From the NCBI GenBank assembly GCA_965230995.1, contig OZ246398.1, positions 464,213 to 528,212 of the forward strand: a stretch of 64,000 nucleotides of DNA. The letters run 5' to 3'. Positions 18,917-28,003 of this stretch are shown one piece after another. Numbering within the stretch: the stretch's first letter is position 1; each line of letters starts with the position of its first letter. The notes under the pieces were generated by a model. That model saw nothing but the letters and a program-made list of their open reading frames with translations, had not been told where the DNA came from and did not search any database. The position numbers were made by a program, and so were the translations under genes. This stretch comes from an uncultured Candidatus Saccharibacteria bacterium (lineage in GTDB: Bacteria; Patescibacteriota; Minisyncoccia; Phycocordibacterales; G965230995).

Positions 18917-19993
18917 ATGTCACAGTTTTATAATGATTCAATATTTTGGATAGAAGTAGACAAAATCAAACCAAATCCATATCAGCCGAGAAAAGAATTC
19001 GATGAAGCACAGCTGAAAAGCCTCTCAGATTCTATTAGACAATATGGCGTTTTGCAGGCTCTTGTTGTAACCAGAAACGAAGTCGTAAAGCCCGATGGTG
19101 GTCTTGCTGTTGAATATGAATTGATTGCGGGAGAAAGAAGACTCAGAGCATCGAGGCTCGCAGGTCTAACGCAAGTTCCTTGTCTAATAAAAACAGGCGA
19201 AGAAAACAACCAGATGAAGCTTGAACTTGCGATTATCGAAAACTTGCAACGAGAGGATCTCAACCCTGTTGATAGAGCCAAAGCATTCAGACAGCTTGCA
19301 GATGAATTCGGAATGACTCATTTAAAGATTGCTGAAAAAGTCGGCAAAAGTAGGGAATATGTTTCTAACACATTGAGACTTCTTAATTTACCCGAAGAAT
19401 GTCTGAAGGCGCTTGCAGAAGGAAAAATATCCGAAGGTCACACTAGACCTCTTTTGATGCTTGCAGACAAACCAGCAGAACAGATGACTTTGTTTAAAGA
19501 AATTCTTTACAAGAAAATTACAGTTAGAGATGCGGAGCTTGTCGCTCGTAGGGTTGCTCATGAACGTTCTCGTAAAAAGGAATCTCTTCCAGATCCTTCA
19601 ATAATGGAATACGAAGAAAAACTTTCCGAATCTTTTGGTACTCGAGTCCATATCGAGAAAAAACCAAATGGAGGACAAATATTAATTGATTTCTTTTCAG
19701 AAGAAGATTTGCAGATGATTATGAATTTGGTAAAAACTGAAACAAAGAAATCTAAAGATGATATGATAAATAGGTTTATTGAAAATGGCGGAAAACCAAT
19801 ATCTGTTTTAAATGCCACACCAGCAGTACCTGTTGAACAAGCAATAAGTGAAATAGTTGGTTCTAAAGACTTTCCTGTAGAAACAGCAAAAGAACCTCAG
19901 GCGGATCAACCTATACTAGAAAAAAAGGAAGAACCAAAGCCAGTTAAGCGAGAGGAAGAAGAAACATTTTCTCTAGATAATTTCTCTATTTAG
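18917..19993 (+). CDS. parB: ParB/Spo0J chromosome partitioning protein with acidic C-terminal tail
   Basis: PNPYQPRK.F, IAGERRLRA, IIENLQREDLN, SR..VSNTLRLL. Confidence 0.93.
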   Translation: MSQFYNDSIFWIEVDKIKPNPYQPRKEFDEAQLKSLSDSIRQYGVLQALVVTRNEVVKPDGGLAVEYELIAGERRLRASRLAGLTQVPCLIKTGEENNQMKLELAIIENLQREDLNPVDRAKAFRQLADEFGMTHLKIAEKVGKSREYVSNTLRLLNLPEECLKALAEGKISEGHTRPLLMLADKPAEQMTLFKEILYKKITVRDAELVARRVAHERSRKKESLPDPSIMEYEEKLSESFGTRVHIEKKPNGGQILIDFFSEEDLQMIMNLVKTETKKSKDDMINRFIENGGKPISVLNATPAVPVEQAISEIVGSKDFPVETAKEPQADQPILEKKEEPKPVKREEEETFSLDNFSI

Positions 19994-21551
19994 TATCTTT
20001 TGGTTTTCTATCCGATGCTTTTTTGTGTTTTCGGGGAGGCAGGTTGTAATAGCCTCTAATGTGTCTTTGAGCAATTGCTGTCTTTGTAAAATCAAGCCAT
20101 TTTAGATTTGGTTTTTCGTTTGATCTTGTTGTTATTTCTACAATGTCGCCATTGTGTAATTTTGTAGATAGGGTGGTATATTTTCCATTTACTTTTGCAC
20201 CCACGGCCTTGTCGCCAATGTCAGAATGGATATTGTACGCAAAATCAATCGGAGTCGAATCAATAGGGAGATCAACCACGTCGCCTTTTGGAGTAAACAC
20301 AAAAATTCTCTCTTTCAAAAAATCACCTTTCAGATCTTCTTCATAGAGGTCGTTGTTTTTGTTGTGTTCTTGATATTCAACCAATTCTTTTATCCACTGT
20401 GGTGTGTGGGCAGATTTGTCGTCTGTATTTGTATCATCGCTTCTTTTTTGTAGCAAATATTTTACCCAAGCAAAACTAGTTTTTGCCTTTGTGTTTATTC
20501 TCTTTCCTTCTTTGTATGTAATATGCGATGCAATACCGTATTCACTCTCGCGATACATTTCTTCAGTTTTGATTTGGATTTCGACTATTGTTCCATCACC
20601 AGTAAAAATTGTAGTGTGAATACTTCTGTATCCGTTTGGTTTTGGAAAAGCAATGTAATCTTTTATACGTCCAGGAAGGGGTCTCCATGTACCATGAATA
20701 ATACCGAGAATTTGATAGCAATCAGACACTGTCGGCACTAAAACACGCAAGGCGTTGATGTCGTATATTTTTTCGATATCACCGTCTTTTCTCTTTAATT
20801 TTAACCAAAGACTATATAGGCCTTTGGTACGAAAGTCCATTTTGATATGAGAGTAATTATTCTCAGCTAAAGTTTTGTGTAGAGATTTTTGAAACTTATC
20901 GAGACTGTGTTCTGTGGCTTTGCTTTTTTCTTTTAATAGTTGTTTTGTCTTCGTGTATTCTTCTGGATAGACGTATGGGAAAGATAGATCCTCAAGAGAA
21001 CGAGAGAGTTTTCTAATTCCAAGCCTATATGCAATTGGGGCATATATCTGTAGTGTCTCTGTTGCGATTCTTAATTGTTTTTCTGGTCGCACGTGTTCCA
21101 GAGTCATCATGTTGTGCAATCTATCTGCAAGTTTAATAATCAATACACGAATATCCTGCGAAGTCGCGATAAAAAGCTTTCTCAGACTTTCATTATGTCT
21201 CTCTGATCCCTTGTATCTAATTTTTCCAAGTTTTGTTACACCTTCAATCAAAAAAAGTATTTCTTTGCCAAATTCTTTTTCTATAGTTTCTTTTTGTACA
21301 TTTACATCTTCTATGCAGTCATGCAAAAAACCAGCAGAAATTGTGTTTGCACCCATACCGAGAAGAGCTAAATTATATGCCGTTGCAAGCAGGTGAACAA
21401 AATATTGTTCACCAGAAAAACGTTTTTGATCTTTGTGAACCTCACGTGCAAAATCATGTGCTTTGGTAATCAAAGCAATATCGCTGTCTGTTGGTTCTTT
21501 TAATGCGAGGATAATATCCTTTAGGACAATTTCCTTCTTTAGATTCTGCAT
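19986..21551 (-). CDS. relA: (p)ppGpp synthetase/hydrolase RSH (HD-SYNTH-TGS, no ACT)
   Basis: FLHDCIED, KLADRLHNM, KDYIAFPKPNGYRSIHT, EIQIKT, FTPKG..PIDFAY. Confidence 0.88.
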   Translation of the reverse strand: MQNLKKEIVLKDIILALKEPTDSDIALITKAHDFAREVHKDQKRFSGEQYFVHLLATAYNLALLGMGANTISAGFLHDCIEDVNVQKETIEKEFGKEILFLIEGVTKLGKIRYKGSERHNESLRKLFIATSQDIRVLIIKLADRLHNMMTLEHVRPEKQLRIATETLQIYAPIAYRLGIRKLSRSLEDLSFPYVYPEEYTKTKQLLKEKSKATEHSLDKFQKSLHKTLAENNYSHIKMDFRTKGLYSLWLKLKRKDGDIEKIYDINALRVLVPTVSDCYQILGIIHGTWRPLPGRIKDYIAFPKPNGYRSIHTTIFTGDGTIVEIQIKTEEMYRESEYGIASHITYKEGKRINTKAKTSFAWVKYLLQKRSDDTNTDDKSAHTPQWIKELVEYQEHNKNNDLYEEDLKGDFLKERIFVFTPKGDVVDLPIDSTPIDFAYNIHSDIGDKAVGAKVNGKYTTLSTKLHNGDIVEITTRSNEKPNLKWLDFTKTAIAQRHIRGYYNLPPRKHKKASDRKPKDTK

Positions 21552-21679
21552 AGTCTCATATTAGATAAAAAACGGGGGAGAGTAAAGAAGAAAAAACTTC
21601 GTACTCGTAACCCTCGTACGACATATCTCCGCGAGGCAAAAACAATTTGGCAAGCAAAGCAGTTTGCTTGCCTTTCATA

Positions 21680-23845
21680 CTACTTCTTTATTTTATGAGG
21701 ATTATGATTGGGACAATTTTTATTTGAGCATCTTTCCGGTATTGTTTTTGTCCCATCCATCATGAGACTATTGCATAGAGGACATATTGCACCTGTCGGT
21801 CTTGCTTTTATTGCATTCTTACAATCTGGATAATTTGAACAGCTATAAAATATTCCAAATCGGCCTTTTCTTTCTGTCATTTCGCCTTTGCCACAAACGG
21901 GGCATTTAACACCAGTTGATCTTCGTTTAACCTCGTTCGGGTCTTCTTTTATAAATTTACATTTCGGATAATTACTACAAGAAATGAATCGTCCGTATTT
22001 TCCATCTCTTTCAACCAAAACACCTTTTTCACATTCGGGGCATTTTTCCCCTGTTTCTTTTGGTCCCTCCAATTCTTTTCCTTCTATTGTCCTTGCACCG
22101 CTACATTCTGGAAAATCAGAACAGCTCATAAATTTTCCGCTTCTTCCGAGCTTGATTATCATTCCTTTGCCACATTTAGGGCACGGGAATTCAGCAGGGG
22201 CTTCTCCCATATTCGTAGCTTTCTCCATTTTTTCTTTGCTTTTGACTTCTTTTAAAAATGGTTTGTAGAAATCAGAAAGTGTTTTAACATATGTTCGCTT
22301 TCCAGTTGCGATTTCGTCTAATTCATCTTCCATTTCGGCAGTGAAAGAGTCGCTAATGTATGAAGGGAAATTGCTTTCAAGGAAAGAGCTCACAACATCT
22401 CCTGTGTCTGTTGGCACTAAAGCTCTTTGAACTTTGTCTACATAATTTCTGTCGACAAGAGTTTTTATAATAGAAGCATATGTAGAAGGGCGTCCGATTC
22501 CTCTTTTTTCCAATTCTTTTATGAGCCCAGCTTCGGAATATCTTGGGGGTGGGGTGGTTTGTTTTTCTTCTGTACTAATTGCAACAAAAGTTAGTTTTTC
22601 ACCGACAGAAACTTTTGGCAAATTCACGTCTTCGCTTTTGGCTGCGGGATCTGCAAGAAGCCATCCGGGAGAAAGAACTCTTGAACCATTTGCGACAAAA
22701 TCTGGAATCTTTCCTTCGGCGACTTGTACTTCTATTTTTGTTCTCATTACGAGAGCATTTTTCATCTGAGAAGCAACGGCTCTCATCCAAATCAATTTGT
22801 ACAATTTTTTCTGCTCTTCGGTACTTCCAGCGGACATTTTGAACATATCAGTTGGTCTGATTGCTTCGTGGGCTTCCTGAGCATTTTTACTTTTCTTGCT
22901 AAAAACGTGAGATTCAAAAAGATCTGCTCCGTAATTTTTTTCAACAACTGCTTTTATCTGTCCGATTGCTTGCGAGCTTAGATTTGTGCTGTCGGTTCGC
23001 ATATATGTTATGTGTCCGGCTTCGTATAATTTTTGTGCGAGCATCATTGTTCTAGACGGAGCGTATCCTAATCTAGAGCTGGCAGTTTGCTGTAATGTAG
23101 ATGTAATGAAAGGGGGTCTGGGTGCTCTTTTTGCTTCGCTTTCTTTTACTTTAGAAACAACCCAAGGACCTTTTTCTCCTAAGGTTACTATGGTATCTAC
23201 TTCGGATTTTTCTCTCGGTTCGATCGAACAGATTAAAGGCAAGTCAACCTTTTCGTTTGTTTTAGTAAGAGCAGAGATAGTCCAAAAAGTCTCAGGTTTG
23301 AATTCTCTGATTTCTCTTTCTCGTTCCATAATTATTCTAAGGGCGGGCGATTGAACCCTTCCAGCAGAAAGTCCATATCGAACTTTTTTCCAAATCAAAC
23401 CAGAGAGATCGTAACCAACCAATCTATCGAGAACTCTTCTTGCTTCTTGCGCTTCTTTTAGGTTGTTATCAATCTGTCTTGGATTTTTTAGTGCTTCGTT
23501 TACGGCATCTTTTGTAATTTCATGAAAAACGATTCTTTTCGGGTCTTTAAGTCCAAGGGCTTCTTTGATGTGCCATGCAATAGCTTCACCTTCTCGGTCG
23601 GGGTCGGTTGCGAGTACAACCTCTTCAGATTCTTTTGCGAGATCTTTTAATTCTTTTATTACTTTCTCTTTTCCTTTTGATATTTCGTAGTGGGGGATAA
23701 AGCCACCTTCTATATCAAGAGCTTTCTTATTGCTTTTAGGAAGATCTCGAACATGACCGACAGATGCACGGACTGTAAATTTGTGATCCAAATACTTTTC
23801 TATGGTCTTTGCTTTGGATGGTGACTCGACGATTAATAATTTCAT
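21680..23845 (-). CDS. topA: DNA topoisomerase I with C-terminal zinc ribbons
   Basis: LIVESPSKAKTI, ATDPDREGE, SAGRVQS, ITYMRTDS, QEAHEAIRPT. Confidence 0.97.
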   Translation of the reverse strand: MKLLIVESPSKAKTIEKYLDHKFTVRASVGHVRDLPKSNKKALDIEGGFIPHYEISKGKEKVIKELKDLAKESEEVVLATDPDREGEAIAWHIKEALGLKDPKRIVFHEITKDAVNEALKNPRQIDNNLKEAQEARRVLDRLVGYDLSGLIWKKVRYGLSAGRVQSPALRIIMEREREIREFKPETFWTISALTKTNEKVDLPLICSIEPREKSEVDTIVTLGEKGPWVVSKVKESEAKRAPRPPFITSTLQQTASSRLGYAPSRTMMLAQKLYEAGHITYMRTDSTNLSSQAIGQIKAVVEKNYGADLFESHVFSKKSKNAQEAHEAIRPTDMFKMSAGSTEEQKKLYKLIWMRAVASQMKNALVMRTKIEVQVAEGKIPDFVANGSRVLSPGWLLADPAAKSEDVNLPKVSVGEKLTFVAISTEEKQTTPPPRYSEAGLIKELEKRGIGRPSTYASIIKTLVDRNYVDKVQRALVPTDTGDVVSSFLESNFPSYISDSFTAEMEDELDEIATGKRTYVKTLSDFYKPFLKEVKSKEKMEKATNMGEAPAEFPCPKCGKGMIIKLGRSGKFMSCSDFPECSGARTIEGKELEGPKETGEKCPECEKGVLVERDGKYGRFISCSNYPKCKFIKEDPNEVKRRSTGVKCPVCGKGEMTERKGRFGIFYSCSNYPDCKNAIKARPTGAICPLCNSLMMDGTKTIPERCSNKNCPNHNPHKIKK

Positions 23846-23947
23846 AAATTCAATGTTTATAACTAAAAATGAAAATGGTCAAGTGTCTATGTATTTAATC
23901 TAGCTTTGCATTAAAAAAATTTTTTGGCAAGTTTATATAAAAACACA

Positions 23948-23978
23948 GGGTGCGCGGGAACTTCGTTCCCGCGCACCC
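23948..23978 (-). terminator. Perfect 14-bp hairpin terminator
   Basis: GGGTGCGCGGGAAC-TTC-GTTCCCGCGCACCC with T-rich tail on the minus strand. Confidence 0.75.
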
Positions 23979-23985
23979 GCACCAC

Positions 23986-24525
23986 CTAGCCCACCAGCGC
24001 AGATCGCCTCGAAAGCACTCGCTTCACGAACTCGAGATCTCCCTTGATTGTTGGGTACATCGTTGATACCGAGGCTGGGGCAATCAATGTTCCTTGCCCG
24101 TTTTCTTCGACGGGAACGAGATCCCCCACGGTCTTTGCTGTGATGGGTACGAGCCCGCACATTCGGGAGACTTGACTCAGTTCACGATGTTCAACCCTCA
24201 TTGCGTATCTGAGGTGCAGAGCTCCGTGTGGTATTTTTCCTCTTTTGAAGCCATGCTTGGAGAGCCTCTCGGCGACAGATTGTCCAAAGAGCCCTGCCGC
24301 TTCTCTGACAAGCCTGTCTCTGATCGGGTCCTTGTCGTCGTCAGCACAAAGTTTCGCATAGTTGATATCGCAGACGAGCGAAAGTTCGAGGACACCCGGA
24401 AGGTCTTTGGCTATGTAGCCACTTTTCCTCTTTCGGGAATCGAACTCGGGTCTCCTTCTCAAAAACACAATTCTTCCTTGATTCTTGTGTATGGTGAACA
24501 ACAAGAGCCTGATCGTGCCTGTCAT
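23986..24525 (-). CDS. GC-rich orphan protein (179 aa, MTGTIRLLL...)
   Basis: GAGG SD before ATG at 24525; TTGACT...TG-TTTAAT promoter overlapping the dprA stop. Confidence 0.65.
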   Translation of the reverse strand: MTGTIRLLLFTIHKNQGRIVFLRRRPEFDSRKRKSGYIAKDLPGVLELSLVCDINYAKLCADDDKDPIRDRLVREAAGLFGQSVAERLSKHGFKRGKIPHGALHLRYAMRVEHRELSQVSRMCGLVPITAKTVGDLVPVEENGQGTLIAPASVSTMYPTIKGDLEFVKRVLSRRSALVG

Positions 24526-24599
24526 TTTTGCCTCACTTGGTTGGTGTAGGGTGGTTGAAAGAACTTCTCCGTAATTAAACACCACTTTCATTTTCAAAG

Positions 24600-25460
24600 T
24601 CAAATTTTTTGTATCAAACCTATTCTTTCTTCTATTGCTCCGTTTATTTCAAGTGACATCAAAATTGCTTGTGTTTCGCTTGCTCCGAATGGTGATAATC
24701 TCAAAATTTCATTTCTTGAAATAGGTGTAGAAATCATAGAAAGTATTTTTTCTTCTTCAGCAGTTAGATTAAATTTAATTTTTATTTGTTCTTTATTTTC
24801 TGAAACAAGACCGAGCGCCTCTAAAATATCTTCCGATTTTGTTATTGGTGTAGCTCCGAGCCGAATCAACATATGTGGTCCAGAAGAATTCGGTGAAAAA
24901 ATTGAACCAGGCACGGTATAAACATCTCTGTTGTAATCTGTTGCTAATCTAGACGTGATTAATGTTCCAGATTTTTCTTCGGCCTCGATCACTAAAACTG
25001 CATTAGAGAAACCTGCCATAATTCTGTTTCTTTGTGGAAATGTCCATGGCAGGGCTTTTTGCATTGGTTCAAATTCAGAAAAAAGCCCTCCTCCATTTTT
25101 TATTATTTCATCTACAAGACCTCTGTTATTTCTCGGGTAAATAACTTTTGGATCGAGCCCTGACCCTGGAATTGCAATAGTTTGCAAACCAGATTGTATT
25201 GCACTTTTATGTGCGATTGTGTCTATACCGATAGCCAAGCCAGAAACTATTGTAATAGGGAATCCACGCAAACCAGAAATTAGTTTTTCGCAAACTTCTT
25301 TTCCATACGGGCTGTATTTTCTCGAACCGACAACACATAACCGCTTGTTTTCCAATATTGGTTTTGTTCCGACATAATAGAGGTTCTTAGGAGGTTCGGT
25401 TATTTCGAATAACTCTTCTGGTAATTCTTCTTTTGTAATGTTTTCAATTCGATATGACAT
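24600..25460 (-). CDS. dprA: DNA-processing protein DprA
   Basis: VVGSRK.S.YG, IVSGLAIGID..AH, FPQRNRIMAG, EAEEKSGTLIT; conserved dprA-topA order. Confidence 0.95.
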   Translation of the reverse strand: MSYRIENITKEELPEELFEITEPPKNLYYVGTKPILENKRLCVVGSRKYSPYGKEVCEKLISGLRGFPITIVSGLAIGIDTIAHKSAIQSGLQTIAIPGSGLDPKVIYPRNNRGLVDEIIKNGGGLFSEFEPMQKALPWTFPQRNRIMAGFSNAVLVIEAEEKSGTLITSRLATDYNRDVYTVPGSIFSPNSSGPHMLIRLGATPITKSEDILEALGLVSENKEQIKIKFNLTAEEEKILSMISTPISRNEILRLSPFGASETQAILMSLEINGAIEERIGLIQKI

Positions 25461-25510
25461 AATATGAGATGATCGATTTTTGCTATATAATATCACAATA
25501 AGAAAACAAT

Positions 25511-26761
25511 ATGCTTGATATTGCATTTATACGTGAACATAAAGACATCGTTGAAAACGCCGTAAAACAAAAAGGTATCAAATTATCTGTCCCGCTTTCC
25601 GAATTGATAGAGCTTTCTCAAAAGAGAAAAGATATTTCACAAAAAATTAGCGACGCCAAGGAATCTCTCGCACTAATCTCTGCAAACGACCCATCGCAGA
25701 AAAAGTCTATGATAGAAAAACTTATTTCTGATTTAACTGCCGAGCTCTCAGAAATAGACAAAAGATATATCAAGGGAATGATGGATGTTCCAAATATAAT
25801 TTCTCCCGATACACCTATGGGGGACAAAAATGTTTCTCCTAGATTAATCAGGACAAACGGCGAAAAGAAAGCAAAAATAGAAAAAAGCGGAAAAGAAATC
25901 GCTTCCTTGGTAGGACTCTCGGATGAATCGATTCTAAAAAATGTTTCTTCTAATGGATTGGTCAGAAAATATGATTATATACTTTTGAGGAATTCTTTAT
26001 TTGCTTTCATTAGCGAAAAGCTTTCATCTGGAGAATTTATTGATTCTGTTATCAAAAAAAGTGGTTATGATATTAACCCTAGAAATTTTGAAACAATAGA
26101 AATTTTTCCATTTGCGAAAAAAGTCGTGTTAAAGAGAACTGCCTACGAATCAGATAATAAAAAGATATCTACAGAAGAAGAAAATCTTGTGGATACAGAT
26201 GCGATCTCCCCAGCAATTTTAATGGACAACACCCTCGAAGAAGATGAATTGCCACAGAGATATGTTTTGTCACTTCAATCTGGAATATTAGAAAAAGACA
26301 AACAAAATTTTTCATTGCAGGAACAAAATATTGAACTTAGGTCTTTTAGTCTACCGGAATATTCTATCCAAGAGCATGAATTTTTAGCACATAACGTAGA
26401 AAATATTTTATCTTTACTCGGACTTTCTTGTGAAGTAAAACTTATGCCAGCACACAGTTTGTCTTTGGCGCAAAACAGAGCCATATCAATCGCTGTTTGG
26501 TCGCCTAATTCAGAGAAATATATCGATGTATGTGATGTCGGATTAACTACCAGTTTTGAATCGAGAAGACTTGCCACAAGAGTCCGCCGTGTGGACGGGG
26601 GCAATGATCTCGTACATCAATGCAACGCACAAATTAAAATAGAAAAAATATTATTTTTGCTTTGCGAATATTTTGCAGATGAAAAGTTTTCTCTGATAAA
26701 AATTCCGGACGTATTAAAAAAATATATGTATGGAAGAGAAATGATAAACAAAGCAGTCTAA
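25511..26761 (+). CDS. Seryl-tRNA synthetase-like protein, degenerate
   Basis: MLDIAFIRE start, VPNIISPDTP.G, ELPQRY, SFESRRLATR, VHQCN; motif 2 (FRxE) and motif 3 Arg not recognisable. Confidence 0.75.
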   Translation: MLDIAFIREHKDIVENAVKQKGIKLSVPLSELIELSQKRKDISQKISDAKESLALISANDPSQKKSMIEKLISDLTAELSEIDKRYIKGMMDVPNIISPDTPMGDKNVSPRLIRTNGEKKAKIEKSGKEIASLVGLSDESILKNVSSNGLVRKYDYILLRNSLFAFISEKLSSGEFIDSVIKKSGYDINPRNFETIEIFPFAKKVVLKRTAYESDNKKISTEEENLVDTDAISPAILMDNTLEEDELPQRYVLSLQSGILEKDKQNFSLQEQNIELRSFSLPEYSIQEHEFLAHNVENILSLLGLSCEVKLMPAHSLSLAQNRAISIAVWSPNSEKYIDVCDVGLTTSFESRRLATRVRRVDGGNDLVHQCNAQIKIEKILFLLCEYFADEKFSLIKIPDVLKKYMYGREMINKAV

Positions 26762-26765
26762 TATT

Positions 26766-27599
26766 ATGCAACCGACAATACAGTCAAAAAAAAGCAAGAA
26801 CGCTGAAAACAGGAGACGAAGAAAAAAGATATTTTTTTGGTTTTTGGTTCTCTGTGTTTTGGCTTTTGTTGCGATCATAATTTTTGCTCTGAAAACACCA
26901 AAACTTTCAATTTCTGATATTTCTGTATCCGGAATAGAAACAATGCAAGCTGATTCTATTATTTCACAGGCTAGGAAAACTATATCTGGAAAATATCTTT
27001 TCTTTTTTCCCAAAGACAATGTAATTGTCTATCCAGATAAAAAAATAATAGAAAATATTCTTTCTTTAGACAGCAGAATAATGGAGGCTTCGGTTTCTGT
27101 TGATAGAAAGAGAGTTTTACATATAAGCATAAAAGAATACACGCCATTTTTTGCGTGGTGTCATAGCCAAAAATGTTTCTATACAGATGAGAGCGGGTAC
27201 ATTTTTAGAGCAATTGATTACGACCCAAAAAACTTTTTTATAGTTTTCCGCAACGGGGCAAACAAAGACAATCCAATCGGTTCTTATTGGGCTGATGGTG
27301 ATATGGAAAATATCAAAGATATGATCGAATTTTTCAAGGTTATAGAAATGCCAGTAAAAGAAATATCTTTTATGGGTAATTCTGATTATTATTTCTATAT
27401 TGAAAATGGCACAGAATTTCGTGTTGATTTTGACGGATCAATAGAAACTACTCAAAGCTATTTAGATATATTTATTACACAGAATCTGGATTTCATTAAA
27501 AATTCTGATTTCGAATATGTCGATGCTCGTTTTGGAAAAAAGATTTATTACAAAGAAAAACAGGGTGGGGAAAAGTCTAATACAGAAAGTTCTATTTAG
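26766..27599 (+). CDS. Cell division protein FtsQ/DivIB-like
   Basis: Basic N-terminus, TM, POTRA-like ISDISVSG, C-terminal EYVDARFGKKIYYK. Confidence 0.75.
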   Translation: MQPTIQSKKSKNAENRRRRKKIFFWFLVLCVLAFVAIIIFALKTPKLSISDISVSGIETMQADSIISQARKTISGKYLFFFPKDNVIVYPDKKIIENILSLDSRIMEASVSVDRKRVLHISIKEYTPFFAWCHSQKCFYTDESGYIFRAIDYDPKNFFIVFRNGANKDNPIGSYWADGDMENIKDMIEFFKVIEMPVKEISFMGNSDYYFYIENGTEFRVDFDGSIETTQSYLDIFITQNLDFIKNSDFEYVDARFGKKIYYKEKQGGEKSNTESSI

Positions 27600-27616
27600 G
27601 ATATAATATATAGGCA

Positions 27617-28003
27617 ATGAATTTCCTTAGCGTTCTTTTTCTATATATATGGTGGCACTACACAACTGCCATAAAAGATGGTTTTGAAATATGGAAAAAA
27701 TTCGTTTGGTTTGTGTTCAATTTTTTCTCGGTACCGCTTTTAACGCGAACTTTTTTTTATAGGTTTGAGAGACTAGGCGAGAATTACAAAAAAGGATTTT
27801 CTATCACTGACAATCTTTCTGCATTTGTAGTAAATACAATGATGCGTTTGGTGGGAATGACCCTCCGTTCGATTATCATAATCGTCGGTCTTGTTGCTAC
27901 ATTTTTGGCTTGTGTCTTTGGTGTCATTGTCTTGATTCTCTGGATAATTTATCCATTACTTTTTGTCACAGCAATTATAATTGGAATAGCAAAAATTATA
28001 TGA
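27617..28003 (+). CDS. Membrane protein translationally coupled to the Clp ATPase
   Basis: Hydrophobic; WHY...FFS...LL.T.F; ATGA overlap with the next gene. Confidence 0.75.
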   Translation: MNFLSVLFLYIWWHYTTAIKDGFEIWKKFVWFVFNFFSVPLLTRTFFYRFERLGENYKKGFSITDNLSAFVVNTMMRLVGMTLRSIIIIVGLVATFLACVFGVIVLILWIIYPLLFVTAIIIGIAKII

